The notes under the pieces: model-generated
Told to the model about the DNA's origin: nothing
The model's input: only the letters and a program-made list of their open reading frames with translations
The model's database searches: none
Virus record (IMG/VR): IMGVR_UViG_3300025872_000037
Coordinates: 1-64,000 of that record
DNA from: a virus
DNA length: 64,000 nucleotides
Reading direction: 5' to 3' (one strand)
In this document: piece after piece, positions 10,104-19,358 of the stretch
Position numbering within the stretch: position 1 is the stretch's first letter
How the letters are laid out: each line of letters opens with the position of its first letter
Translations under genes and position numbers: made by a program

Positions 10104-10559
10104 ATGAGCAGCAATATTTACTCGATGATCGATGCACTACGAACCGGTGACGCCTCTGGCGCACAGGATTCATTTAACCGTGCGATGTCCGAGAAGATCA
10201 ATGCTGCCCTGGACGACCGCAAGATGGCAGTTGCAAGTCAGATCTATAATCAGGCAGTCGAAGAATCCGTTGAACTCTCTGAGGAAGAAGCTATTGATGA
10301 GGCAGCGGTTGACGCCAAGGGCCACAAGAGCTCAACTGGCGGTCTGACCCAAAAGGGAAGAGACCACTACAACCGTAAGACTGGTGGAAATCTTCAGGCG
10401 CCAGTCACAAAGAAGCCTTCAGAACTGAAGAAGGGTAGCAAGGCGTATAACCGCCGCAAGTCTTTCTGCGCACGTATGTCTGGGGTCAAGGGACCTATGA
10501 AGAAACCAAACGGTGAGCCGACGCGCAAGGCTCTCGCCCTCAAGAAGTGGAATTGCTAA
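10104..10559 (+). CDS. Prohead core protein (gp67-like N-terminus) fused to a basic DUF6321-like domain
   Basis: Lies between gp20 and gp21. Helical N-terminus IDALRTGD...F...MSEKI...LD.RK; C-terminus GGLTQKGR...RRKSFCARM...ALKKWNC. Confidence 0.65.
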   Translation: MSSNIYSMIDALRTGDASGAQDSFNRAMSEKINAALDDRKMAVASQIYNQAVEESVELSEEEAIDEAAVDAKGHKSSTGGLTQKGRDHYNRKTGGNLQAPVTKKPSELKKGSKAYNRRKSFCARMSGVKGPMKKPNGEPTRKALALKKWNC

Positions 10560-10565
10560 TCTCGC

Positions 10566-11216
10566 ATGAAACTCGTCACCGAATTTAACGACTCAGGACT
10601 ACAATACATCACCGAAGCCGCCGAGGGCGGAATCAAGAAGGTCCGTCTCGAGGGAGTCTTCATGCAGGCTGAAAAGCCGAATCGCAACCGTCGCCGCTAC
10701 CCATTGGGGGTACTGAAGCCGGCGGTTGAGAAGTACATCAATGAGCAGGTTCGTACCGGCCGTGCAGTGGGTGAGCTGAATCACCCAGATGGCCCGACGG
10801 TCAACCTGGATAAAGTTTCACATCGTATTACCGAACTCAAGTGGGACGGTAACAACGTTGTCGGAAAGGCACTGATACTAGACACGCCGATGGGTAAGAT
10901 CGTGAAAGGTTTAATCGAAGGCGGCGTCCAGTTAGGTGTCTCTACTCGTGGTATGGGATCGCTGAAACAGGGCAGAGACGGAATCATGGAGGTCTCGGAT
11001 GATTTTATCCTCTCCACCGTCGACATCGTTCAAGATCCTTCCGCTCCCGATGCTTTCGTCAACGGGATCATGGAGGGCGTCGAATGGGTCTGGGATAATG
11101 GTGTCCTGAAAGCTCAGCAAATTGAAAAGTATGAGACTGAAATTAAGAACGCATCTTCACAGCGTCTCGCAGAGGCGCAGCTGAAGGTTTGGAATGATTT
11201 CCTCTCAAAACTATAA
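10566..11216 (+). CDS. gp21: Prohead protease gp21
   Basis: GVFMQAE..NRN.R.Y, GELNHP, LGVSTRGMGS and DIVQDPSAPDAFV. Confidence 0.96.
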   Translation: MKLVTEFNDSGLQYITEAAEGGIKKVRLEGVFMQAEKPNRNRRRYPLGVLKPAVEKYINEQVRTGRAVGELNHPDGPTVNLDKVSHRITELKWDGNNVVGKALILDTPMGKIVKGLIEGGVQLGVSTRGMGSLKQGRDGIMEVSDDFILSTVDIVQDPSAPDAFVNGIMEGVEWVWDNGVLKAQQIEKYETEIKNASSQRLAEAQLKVWNDFLSKL

Positions 11217-11243
11217 CCGCTACATTAGTAGTACACAGCACAC

Positions 11244-12629
11244 ATGTCTAAGAAAATCAAGAAAGGTCAATTCGATCTGATCGAAGACATCACTGTTGAG
11301 GAACTACGCAAGGATGGACTCGTTGAAGAGGTTGCAGTTTCGGGTGAAGAGTCATCCCAAAAGAAAGATGAGACAGGCTCAGAGGCCACGGATGCCGTAA
11401 AGGCAAATGCCGAGACTAAGAGCGCCATTGACGGTTCTGCTCCTGCAGAGGCCGGCAAGGAAGACCACGTCGGTCAGGGACCTGGAAAGGTCGATGAACC
11501 AGAGGAGCAGAAGAAGGCGCAAGCCGCCGCTGATGCTGCAGCTAATGCAGCACCAACAGCCGAACCTCCAAAGACGAAGGCAGGTCTCATCAATGCCGTA
11601 TACCAACAGTTAGTCAACATGAAGACCGAAGAGGTCGCTAATGTCTACAGTACGCTGGCAAACCCAGCACTGCCACCGAAAGCTGAGGAGCCATCTCCAA
11701 TGCAGACGGGTGACAATAGCACCGATAAAGACGAGAAGAAGGAAGCCGCTGGAGATCCTGGTGCCGATGAGGTCCAGTATCCTGCAGCAGAAGCTCAGCC
11801 TTCCGATATGCCTGGCCAAGAAAATGGCGAGGCTGAAAAGGAAACTGAGACAGAGACAGACGATGCCGGTGAACAGGAAAATGACGGAGAGGAAGAAGAC
11901 AAAGACGAGACCAATGAGTCACTGAAGGTTCTTCTGCAGGCTGAAAAGTCACTCACCGAGGATTTCCGTTCGAAGGCCTCAAGTCTGTTCGAATCCGCAG
12001 TCAAGACAAAGGTAGCATCCGAAGTCGCTCTCATCGAGAAGAATTACAACGCTCGCCTGAACGAGGAAGTCGCCACGGTGACCACTCAGCTGGCCGAGAA
12101 GGTTGATTCTTATCTGAACTATGTTGTTCAGACCTGGATGGAAGAGAACAAGGTTGCAGTCGAGTCCGGACTCCGTACTGAGATCGCCGAGAACTTCATT
12201 GGAGCGTTGAAGAACGTCTTCACTGAATCATACATCGAGGTCCCAGAGGGCAAGGAAAACCTGGTTGATACACTCAACACGGAAGTTTCCAAGCTTGAGG
12301 AACAACTGCTCAAGGCCACAGAGTCTAACATGAAGCTCACAGAGTCAGTCGCTAAGCTCGAGCGCACGCAAGTGATCGCAGAGGCTTCGAAGGACCTGGC
12401 TTCAACAGAGGCTGCCAAACTCGTTTCGCTAGTTGAGGATGTTGATTTCGAGAACGCTGAGGTCTTCACAAAGAAGGTCCAGAGCATCAAGGAGTCATAC
12501 TTCCGCAAGCCAGCTGTTAAGTCCCAAACAACCCAAACCGCGGTAGAATCGACGATCACAGAGGATGCTGAACTCAGCCCACTCATGGCCGCCGCTTCCG
12601 CAGCAATTTCACGCACAGTAAAGCCATAA
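11244..12629 (+). CDS. gp22: Prohead scaffolding protein gp22 with long acidic N-terminal extension
   Basis: C-terminal half has VDSYLNYVVQTWMEEN..AVESGLRTEIAENF; lies between gp21 and gp23. Confidence 0.9.
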   Translation: MSKKIKKGQFDLIEDITVEELRKDGLVEEVAVSGEESSQKKDETGSEATDAVKANAETKSAIDGSAPAEAGKEDHVGQGPGKVDEPEEQKKAQAAADAAANAAPTAEPPKTKAGLINAVYQQLVNMKTEEVANVYSTLANPALPPKAEEPSPMQTGDNSTDKDEKKEAAGDPGADEVQYPAAEAQPSDMPGQENGEAEKETETETDDAGEQENDGEEEDKDETNESLKVLLQAEKSLTEDFRSKASSLFESAVKTKVASEVALIEKNYNARLNEEVATVTTQLAEKVDSYLNYVVQTWMEENKVAVESGLRTEIAENFIGALKNVFTESYIEVPEGKENLVDTLNTEVSKLEEQLLKATESNMKLTESVAKLERTQVIAEASKDLASTEAAKLVSLVEDVDFENAEVFTKKVQSIKESYFRKPAVKSQTTQTAVESTITEDAELSPLMAAASAAISRTVKP

Positions 12630-12674
12630 GGCTTTCAGCGTAACACGCACACACAGTTAGGAGTAATTACAAAA

Positions 12675-14003
12675 ATGTTCAACTCAGAAAACCTACAAAA
12701 GAAGTGGGCACCAATCCTTGAGCACAAGGATCTGCCTTCCATCAAGGATAACTACCGCAAGGCAGTTACCGCAGTCATCCTCGAGCAGCAAGAGCGCGCC
12801 CTCCGCGAAGAGCGTGCGCAGTCAAGCTTCCAGGCCATCACCGAGACAGCAGCCAACGCCACCACTGGTGGAACAGGCAATCTGGCTAACTGGGATCCAA
12901 TCCTCATCAGCCTCGTTCGTCGCTCGATGCCAAACCTGATCGCTTATGATATCGCTGGCGTCCAGCCAATGAGCGGTCCTACCGGACTGATCTTCGCTAT
13001 GAAGAGCAAGTACTCCACACAAGGTGGAACTGAAGCTCTCTTCAACGAAGCTAATTCCGGATTCTCAGGTTCAGGAACACAGGGCGGAAGCTCTTCCTCA
13101 CTTCCTGGCACCGACACCACACCAGCCGACACAATCGCTGATGACTTCGTTGTTGGTCGCGCAATTACGACAGCTTCTGCTGAAGCTCTCGGTAACACCG
13201 GTTCTGCTTTCGGCGAAATGGCATTCTCGATCGAGAAGGCTACCGTCACAGCTCGTTCACGCGCTCTGAAGGCCGAATACACAATGGAACTCGCTCAGGA
13301 CCTCAAGGCCGTTCACGGTCTCGATGCTGAGTCCGAGCTCGCCAACATCCTCTCGGCTGAAATCCTCGCTGAAATCAATCGCGAAGTTATCCGCACGATC
13401 AACGTCAAGGCCATCCTTGGCGCCCAGAGCTCCAATATCACAGCCGCCGGTACCTTCTCGCTGAAGACCGATGCTGATGGTCGTTGGAACGTTGAAAAGT
13501 TCAAGGGTCTCCTCGTTCAGATCGAGCGCGAAGCCAACCAGATCGCCAAGGCAACACGCCGTGGTAAGGGTAACTTCATCCTCTGCTCATCCGACGTTGC
13601 AACAGCCCTCGCCGCTGCCGGCGTGCTGGATTATGCTCCTGCCCTGAGCACGAACCTCGAGGTTGACGACACTGGCAACACCTTCGCTGGTGTTCTCAAT
13701 GGTCGCACCAAGGTTTACATCGATCCATATGCTACCGATGACTATGTCACGGTTGGATATCGTGGAACGAACCCATACGACGCTGGACTCTTCTACGCCC
13801 CATACGTGCCACTCACGATGGTCCGCGCAGTCGGTCAGTCCGACTTCCAGCCACGCATCGGATTCAAGACCCGCTACGGCATGGTCGCCAATCCGTTTGC
13901 TGAGGCCACAGTCGCTGGAACCCAGACCGACAACGGTCTCGGAACCAACCGCGCCAACCGTTACTTCCGTATCTTCAAGGTCACTGACCTGCTCGACGTC
14001 TAA
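12675..14003 (+). CDS. gp23: Major capsid protein gp23
   Basis: GVQPMSGPTGLIFAM, RALKAEYTMELAQDLKAVHGLDAE and FQPRIGFKTRYG. Confidence 0.99.
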   Translation: MFNSENLQKKWAPILEHKDLPSIKDNYRKAVTAVILEQQERALREERAQSSFQAITETAANATTGGTGNLANWDPILISLVRRSMPNLIAYDIAGVQPMSGPTGLIFAMKSKYSTQGGTEALFNEANSGFSGSGTQGGSSSSLPGTDTTPADTIADDFVVGRAITTASAEALGNTGSAFGEMAFSIEKATVTARSRALKAEYTMELAQDLKAVHGLDAESELANILSAEILAEINREVIRTINVKAILGAQSSNITAAGTFSLKTDADGRWNVEKFKGLLVQIEREANQIAKATRRGKGNFILCSSDVATALAAAGVLDYAPALSTNLEVDDTGNTFAGVLNGRTKVYIDPYATDDYVTVGYRGTNPYDAGLFYAPYVPLTMVRAVGQSDFQPRIGFKTRYGMVANPFAEATVAGTQTDNGLGTNRANRYFRIFKVTDLLDV

Positions 14004-14034
14004 TACGTCAGCCGAAGTAACTGATACACTAATT

Positions 14035-14063
14035 GAGGGCCCTCGAAAGGGGGCCCTCTTTTT
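14035..14063 (+). terminator. Intrinsic terminator after gp23
   Basis: GAGGGCCCTC-GAAA-GGGGGCCCTC-TTTTT. Confidence 0.9.
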
Positions 14064-14081
14064 GTGACGATAAATAATGGC

Positions 14082-14549
14082 ATGAACAATCTCACGCTGA
14101 ATAAAAACCTGCTGTCCCCGAACGGGTTCAAGCTGACGATCGACTCGACCAAGTTTTCAAATACCGAGTACTTCTGCATTTCCTCGCCTCTGCCTTCTGT
14201 TTCTGCCACCGAGGCAAATTCCCCATTTCGTAATAAACAGAACTCATATCCCGGAGAAAAGGTGATCTATGCACCACTAGATATCCGATACATGGTCACG
14301 GAGAACATGGATAATTACATCGAGCTGTTTAACTGGATGGTGGATAACGCGAACACCGGCACAATCAACGCGTACGATATCACTCTGCACATTCTGACCA
14401 GCAGCAACAATGTGATACGCCAGGTTCGATTTGTTGAGGCATTTCCAGTCTCGATCGGAGCAATCGACTTCCATACGCAGAACACTGACGTGGAGTATGT
14501 CATCGCTGATGCCTCATTTCAGTATTCCCATTTCTACTTTCTGAAGTAA
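14082..14549 (+). CDS. gp3: Tail completion/tube terminator gp3
   Basis: NLLSPNGFK, ENMDNYIELFNWM and F.EAFPVSIG; GATAAATA late-promoter-like box at 14069-76. Confidence 0.85.
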   Translation: MNNLTLNKNLLSPNGFKLTIDSTKFSNTEYFCISSPLPSVSATEANSPFRNKQNSYPGEKVIYAPLDIRYMVTENMDNYIELFNWMVDNANTGTINAYDITLHILTSSNNVIRQVRFVEAFPVSIGAIDFHTQNTDVEYVIADASFQYSHFYFLK

Positions 14550-14575
14550 GATAGATACTTACAGTCCATTATATT

Positions 14576-15022
14576 ATGATCAACATTGAAGAGATCCACG
14601 AGATGTGGAAAAAAGATTCCGTCATCGATGACCTAAACCTCGATGAGGCGTCAAAACAAACCGCCCGACTGCATGCGAAATATCTGGAGCTCCTGTCAAC
14701 CGCTAAGCTCAGATTGAAGAAGTTTGAGCTTGACCAGAAGACTCTGCTGCGAGACAAGTGGCTTCACTTCAACGGCAAGCTAGACAAGGAGACCATCGAC
14801 AAGTATGGTTGGCCGTACGATCCATTCAATGGCCTGAAGATCATGAAGTCCGACATGGACTACTACTTCAATTCTGATCCTGAACTGCAGAAGTCAGAGG
14901 CTCAGATCATTTACCTCAAGACTTTGGTCGAAACTCTTCAGGAGATCCTAGACTCCGTGAAGTGGCGGCATAGCCATATAAAAAATATGATCGAATGGAA
15001 AAAGTTCACGAGCGGTGTCTGA
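14576..15022 (+). CDS. uvsY: Recombination mediator UvsY
   Basis: W.KDSVID...L...LHAKYL and IKNMIEWKKF.SG; synteny with uvsW. Confidence 0.88.
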   Translation: MINIEEIHEMWKKDSVIDDLNLDEASKQTARLHAKYLELLSTAKLRLKKFELDQKTLLRDKWLHFNGKLDKETIDKYGWPYDPFNGLKIMKSDMDYYFNSDPELQKSEAQIIYLKTLVETLQEILDSVKWRHSHIKNMIEWKKFTSGV

Positions 15023-15038
15023 GGTAAAACATCCTGGG

Positions 15039-15046
15039 TATAAATA
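15039..15046 (+). promoter_or_regulatory. Late promoter TATAAATA driving the homing endonuclease
   Basis: Exact consensus ending 5 nt before the ATG at 15052. Confidence 0.75.
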
Positions 15047-15051
15047 CACTT

Positions 15052-15636
15052 ATGCCCTTCTTCATTTACTGCGCAACCAATCGGATTAACGGAAAGAAAT
15101 ATGTTGGCTACACTGATAATTTTGAACGTAGAAAAAACCAGCATCTGTGGGAAGCCGAGCGTGATCCGCAGTGGCACTTCCACAGAGCAATTGCAAAATA
15201 CGGCAAGGATGCCTTCGATTGGCAAATCCTAGAAGAGAGCAATGATCAGGAGTATACACTTCGTGTTCTGGAAGAATTCCATATCAGGCAGCAAAATTCC
15301 CATGCCTATGACGGGCACGGATATAATTATTCCTACGGCGGAAGTGGAGCGGGAAGACCTGTGACAGAAGAACGTAAGAAAAAAATAAGCGAGACGCTAA
15401 AACGCAAGGGAATAAACTTTGTTAAAACCGGGGCGACTGAAGCTGCTAGACTAGCAGTATTGGGAACCAAGCAATCTAAAGAACACAAGCAGAAAAAAGC
15501 TAAAGCCATATCTAAAAGCGTCACGATAGATGGTGTCACGTATTCGTCTGGAAGAGAAGCCGCTAAATTATTGGGCGTGGCTCCTTCAACAATATCATCA
15601 TGGGTAAAATCTGGAAAAGCCACCAAACATGTCTGA
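15052..15636 (+). mobile_element. Free-standing GIY-YIG homing endonuclease (Seg-like) with NUMOD3-like and HTH tail
   Basis: FIYCATNRINGKKYVGYT...R...H, GYN, KKKISETLK and C-terminal YSSGREAAKLLGVAPSTISSW. AT-richer than its flanks; inserted between uvsY and uvsW. Confidence 0.88.
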
Positions 15637-17158
15637 AATTCTCAAAGTTAAAAAGAAGAATGAAGTGTTTGTAACCATCGAATGCGAACCATCTACTGCA
15701 TATGAATTAACAGATTTTTTTACATTTATGGTCCCAGGGGCAAAGTTCATGCCGGCCTACAAGAACAAGTTCTGGGATGGCAAGATCCGTTTGTTCGATT
15801 CTCGAGCCAAGACGCTGTACGGGGGCCTGATACCATACCTCGATGAATTTGCAGAGGTTCGTGGTTGCACGCTCGAGCACGTCGATTCTGATTACTACGG
15901 AAGAGCCGATGCCCAGGCGTATCTAGATCTGGATGCTGTCAAGACCTTTACGGATACCTTACAGCTTTATGCTAACGGAAAAGCGATCGAGCCCCGAGAC
16001 TACCAGCTCGAGGCGATTCATCACGCGCTGGTTCATTACCGTTCTCTTCTGCTCAGTCCTACAGCATCCGGTAAATCGCTCATCATCTACTGCCTGATCC
16101 GGTATTTCCTGGAGGAGAATCCATCTAAAAAGGTTTTGCTCATCGTCCCGACAACGTCCCTGGTCGAACAGATGTTCACCGACTTCAAGGACTATTCAAC
16201 TCTGGACGAGAGCTGGGACAATGAGACGGAGTGCCATCGAATCTACTCCGGCAAAGAAAAGATGGATATCAACTCTCGTGTGGTCATTACGACCTGGCAG
16301 TCCATCTACAAGATGGATGCTCGGTGGTTCGAACCATACGGAATGGTCGTGGGAGACGAGGCACACACGTTCAAGGCAAAATCGTTGAGTTCCATCATGG
16401 AAAAGTTACGGGATGCCAAGTACCGTATCGGTACGACCGGAACCTTGGATGGCACACAGACTCATAAATTAGTTCTCGAGGGATTGTTTGGCCCAGTTCA
16501 CCGTGTCACGACCACGAAGGAGCTGATGGATTCGAATGCTCTGGCACAACTCTCGATCGATGTTCTGCTCATGAAGTATTCCGATCTGGTTTGTCAGGAC
16601 ACAAAGAAATACGATTACCAGCAGGAGATCGACTTTATCATAGGTCACCAGGGAAGAAATAAGTTCATTCGAAATCTCGCTATGGCTCAGGATGGAAATA
16701 CCCTGATCCTGTACAACTACGTGGAGAAACATGGCAAACCGTTGTACCAGATGATCGACGAGAAGCTCAACGAACTCCCTCGTAGGACTCGTCAACTGTT
16801 CTTCGTTTCTGGTGACGTTGAAACCGATGAGCGTGAAAGAATCCGTGCCATCACTGAGAAGGAGAAGGATGCGATCATTGTGGCATCCATGGGTACGTTT
16901 TCCACCGGTATAAATATCAGAAACCTGCACAACATCATCTTCGCGTCACCATCCAAATCTCAAATAAGAATACTTCAGTCAATCGGCAGAGGCCTCAGAA
17001 AATCAGATGATGGAAGACCCACAAAGGTGTTTGACATCGCTGATGATCTTCACTGGAAGAAACATAGAAATTACACGCTGAACCACGCTGCCGAGAGAAT
17101 CAAACTGTACGGCTCAGAGAAATTCACATTTAAGATCCACGAGGTACCAATTCAATGA
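15629..17158 (+). CDS. uvsW: DNA helicase UvsW
   Basis: PRDYQ, SPTASGKS, GDEAH and LQSIGRGLR (SF2 helicase). Confidence 0.96.
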   Translation: MSEILKVKKKNEVFVTIECEPSTAYELTDFFTFMVPGAKFMPAYKNKFWDGKIRLFDSRAKTLYGGLIPYLDEFAEVRGCTLEHVDSDYYGRADAQAYLDLDAVKTFTDTLQLYANGKAIEPRDYQLEAIHHALVHYRSLLLSPTASGKSLIIYCLIRYFLEENPSKKVLLIVPTTSLVEQMFTDFKDYSTLDESWDNETECHRIYSGKEKMDINSRVVITTWQSIYKMDARWFEPYGMVVGDEAHTFKAKSLSSIMEKLRDAKYRIGTTGTLDGTQTHKLVLEGLFGPVHRVTTTKELMDSNALAQLSIDVLLMKYSDLVCQDTKKYDYQQEIDFIIGHQGRNKFIRNLAMAQDGNTLILYNYVEKHGKPLYQMIDEKLNELPRRTRQLFFVSGDVETDERERIRAITEKEKDAIIVASMGTFSTGINIRNLHNIIFASPSKSQIRILQSIGRGLRKSDDGRPTKVFDIADDLHWKKHRNYTLNHAAERIKLYGSEKFTFKIHEVPIQ

Positions 17159-17547
17159 CATTCGACGACATCGGAGTAGTTCTTAAACTGGTCTCCGGAG
17201 AAACGGTGATCTGCCAGGTTGTTTCGGATACTGACAAGAATCTTCTCATCAAAGATCCGTACATCATCAATGTGATCACCGAAAAGAGTGCTGATGGCAT
17301 CAAGGCCTCAACGTTTTACTCAGATTGGTTCTTAGGTTCTGCTACTCGTGTGCACATGATTCGCAAGGACCATATCATCTCTGCTGCACTGCCAGATGAA
17401 AATCTCACTACGCATTATGGTGAATTGATAGGGATCCGTGATCTCAAATCAGGCGAGTCACCTGCACCAGCTGAGAAGAAACAACCTAAATCATTCTGGG
17501 ATAACCTGAACTTTGGCCAGGATGGCCTAGACTACCGGAACAACTGA
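17155..17547 (+). CDS. Conserved T4-like hypothetical protein (Sm-like fold possible)
   Basis: LKLVSGETVICQV start; usual position between uvsW and gp55. Confidence 0.6.
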   Translation: MTFDDIGVVLKLVSGETVICQVVSDTDKNLLIKDPYIINVITEKSADGIKASTFYSDWFLGSATRVHMIRKDHIISAALPDENLTTHYGELIGIRDLKSGESPAPAEKKQPKSFWDNLNFGQDGLDYRNN

Positions 17548-17688
17548 TATACTGCCCCCTCTGTCCAAGGCAGTTACAAAATACCGGATATCGAGGTCGG
17601 TGTAAAATAGATAGTTGGCCAAAGCTTTCTATTTTACAATTGGTGCAGGTTAGTTAGTGTTATGGTGAGGATGGAAATATCATGACGA

Positions 17689-18297
17689 ATGACAACTGAA
17701 ACTGACACACTAATCAAACCTCCCGTGAAGAAATCAAAACGGGAAGGCGAACACTATGTGAACAACCGTGAATTCTCACAGGCTGTTCTCGAGTATGTGC
17801 AGTCCGTAAGGGCTGCCGAGAAGGACTCAAAGGAAGTTCCACGGATCACAGAGTACATCGGCCGTTGCTTTCTCAAGATCGCCGAGGGTCTTTCTCACAA
17901 GCCTAATTTCATTCGTTACACCTATCGTGAAGAGATGGTCATGGATGCTGTGGAGAATTGCATCAAGGCCATCATGAATTACAACATTGCTGCCACGACT
18001 CGCACCGGGTACCCGAATGCCTTTGCGTACTTCACGCAGATCTGCTACTATGCCTTCATTCGCCGTATCATGAAGGAGAAGAAGCAGCAGGACATTAAGT
18101 TTAAGTTCATCGAGCACGCCGGTCTTGAGGATTTCATGTCTAACACCGAGGATGAATTTGGCGGAGCAATCATTCAAGATGCTGGCTTCATCAACGTCCT
18201 CAAGAAGCGTATCGATCGGAAGAACGAAGTGGACAAGAAGATCAAAGAGTTCAAGAAGAAACACAAGTCAAAGTCTCAGCTTGACATGATATGCTGA
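17689..18297 (+). CDS. gp55: Late-transcription sigma factor gp55
   Basis: HYVNNREF, IAEGLSHKPNF..YTYREEMVMDAVENC and NAFAYFTQI. Confidence 0.95.
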   Translation: MTTETDTLIKPPVKKSKREGEHYVNNREFSQAVLEYVQSVRAAEKDSKEVPRITEYIGRCFLKIAEGLSHKPNFIRYTYREEMVMDAVENCIKAIMNYNIAATTRTGYPNAFAYFTQICYYAFIRRIMKEKKQQDIKFKFIEHAGLEDFMSNTEDEFGGAIIQDAGFINVLKKRIDRKNEVDKKIKEFKKKHKSKSQLDMIC

Positions 18298-19355
18298 TTG
18301 CAGTTCTCAACGACACACACTGCGGAGTTCGTAATTCCTCCGACGTTTTCTTGGACTACTTCGCCAAGTTTTATGGCGAAGTATTCTTCCCGTACTGCGA
18401 GAAGCATGGGATCAAGCAGATCCTTCACCTGGGGGACTATTACGATCATCGGAAGTTCATCAACTTCAAGGCGCTGAACCATAACCGCAAGACGTTCCTG
18501 GAACCAATGTGTGAACTGGGGATGACGATGGACATCATTCCTGGTAACCATGACGTGGTCTACAAGAATACGAATGAGCTCTGCTCGTTGAAAGAACTTC
18601 TGGGATACTTCCTGGAGAACGTCAACATCGTGATGCAGCCAAAGGTCATGAACTATGACGGCTGCAATGTGGCTCTTCTCCCATGGATCAATCCAGAGAA
18701 CCATGCAGAGTCGATGAAGTTCGTGGAGACGTGCAATGCCTCGATCCTCGGCGGTCACCTCGAACTGAATGGTTTCGATATGATGAAGGGTGTTCAGTCT
18801 CACGGCGGAATGGATCCTGCGCTGTTCTCTCGCTTTGAGCAGGTCTGGTCAGGACACTTCCATACCAAGTCGAAGAAGGGCAACATCCACTATTTAGGAA
18901 CTCAGTTCGAGATGACCTGGGCAGACGAGGGCGACTGGAAGTATTTCCACGTGTTCGATACGGCCACACGGGAGCTTCACGAGATCCGCAATCCTCACGA
19001 GATCTACTGCAAGTTCATCTACAACGATGCACGACTCGACCCGGACACCATCGACGTAACCGATGCCAAGGGTAAGTTCGTGAAGGTCGTCGTGGCGAAC
19101 AAGACTGACTTCTTCAAGTTCGACCGCTTTATCGATCGCCTGCAGAAACAGGATCCGTTCGAATTGAAGATTGCCGAGAGCTATGACGAATTCAGCGGAG
19201 ACCGTATTTCCTCTGATGCTGTTGATGCCATCACCGATACCGCCACGCTGATGGATACATATGTTGATGCAGTTGAAACTGAACTGAACAAGGACACGAT
19301 TAAAATCAAGCTTCGCGAACTGTACGCAGAGGCACAAAATCTTGAGGCCGTTTAA
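18291..19355 (+). CDS. gp47: Recombination endonuclease subunit gp47 (Mre11-like)
   Basis: DTHCG, HLGD, GNHD and SGHFH metallophosphoesterase motifs. Confidence 0.95.
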   Translation: MLIAVLNDTHCGVRNSSDVFLDYFAKFYGEVFFPYCEKHGIKQILHLGDYYDHRKFINFKALNHNRKTFLEPMCELGMTMDIIPGNHDVVYKNTNELCSLKELLGYFLENVNIVMQPKVMNYDGCNVALLPWINPENHAESMKFVETCNASILGGHLELNGFDMMKGVQSHGGMDPALFSRFEQVWSGHFHTKSKKGNIHYLGTQFEMTWADEGDWKYFHVFDTATRELHEIRNPHEIYCKFIYNDARLDPDTIDVTDAKGKFVKVVVANKTDFFKFDRFIDRLQKQDPFELKIAESYDEFSGDRISSDAVDAITDTATLMDTYVDAVETELNKDTIKIKLRELYAEAQNLEAV

Positions 19356-19358
19356 GGC

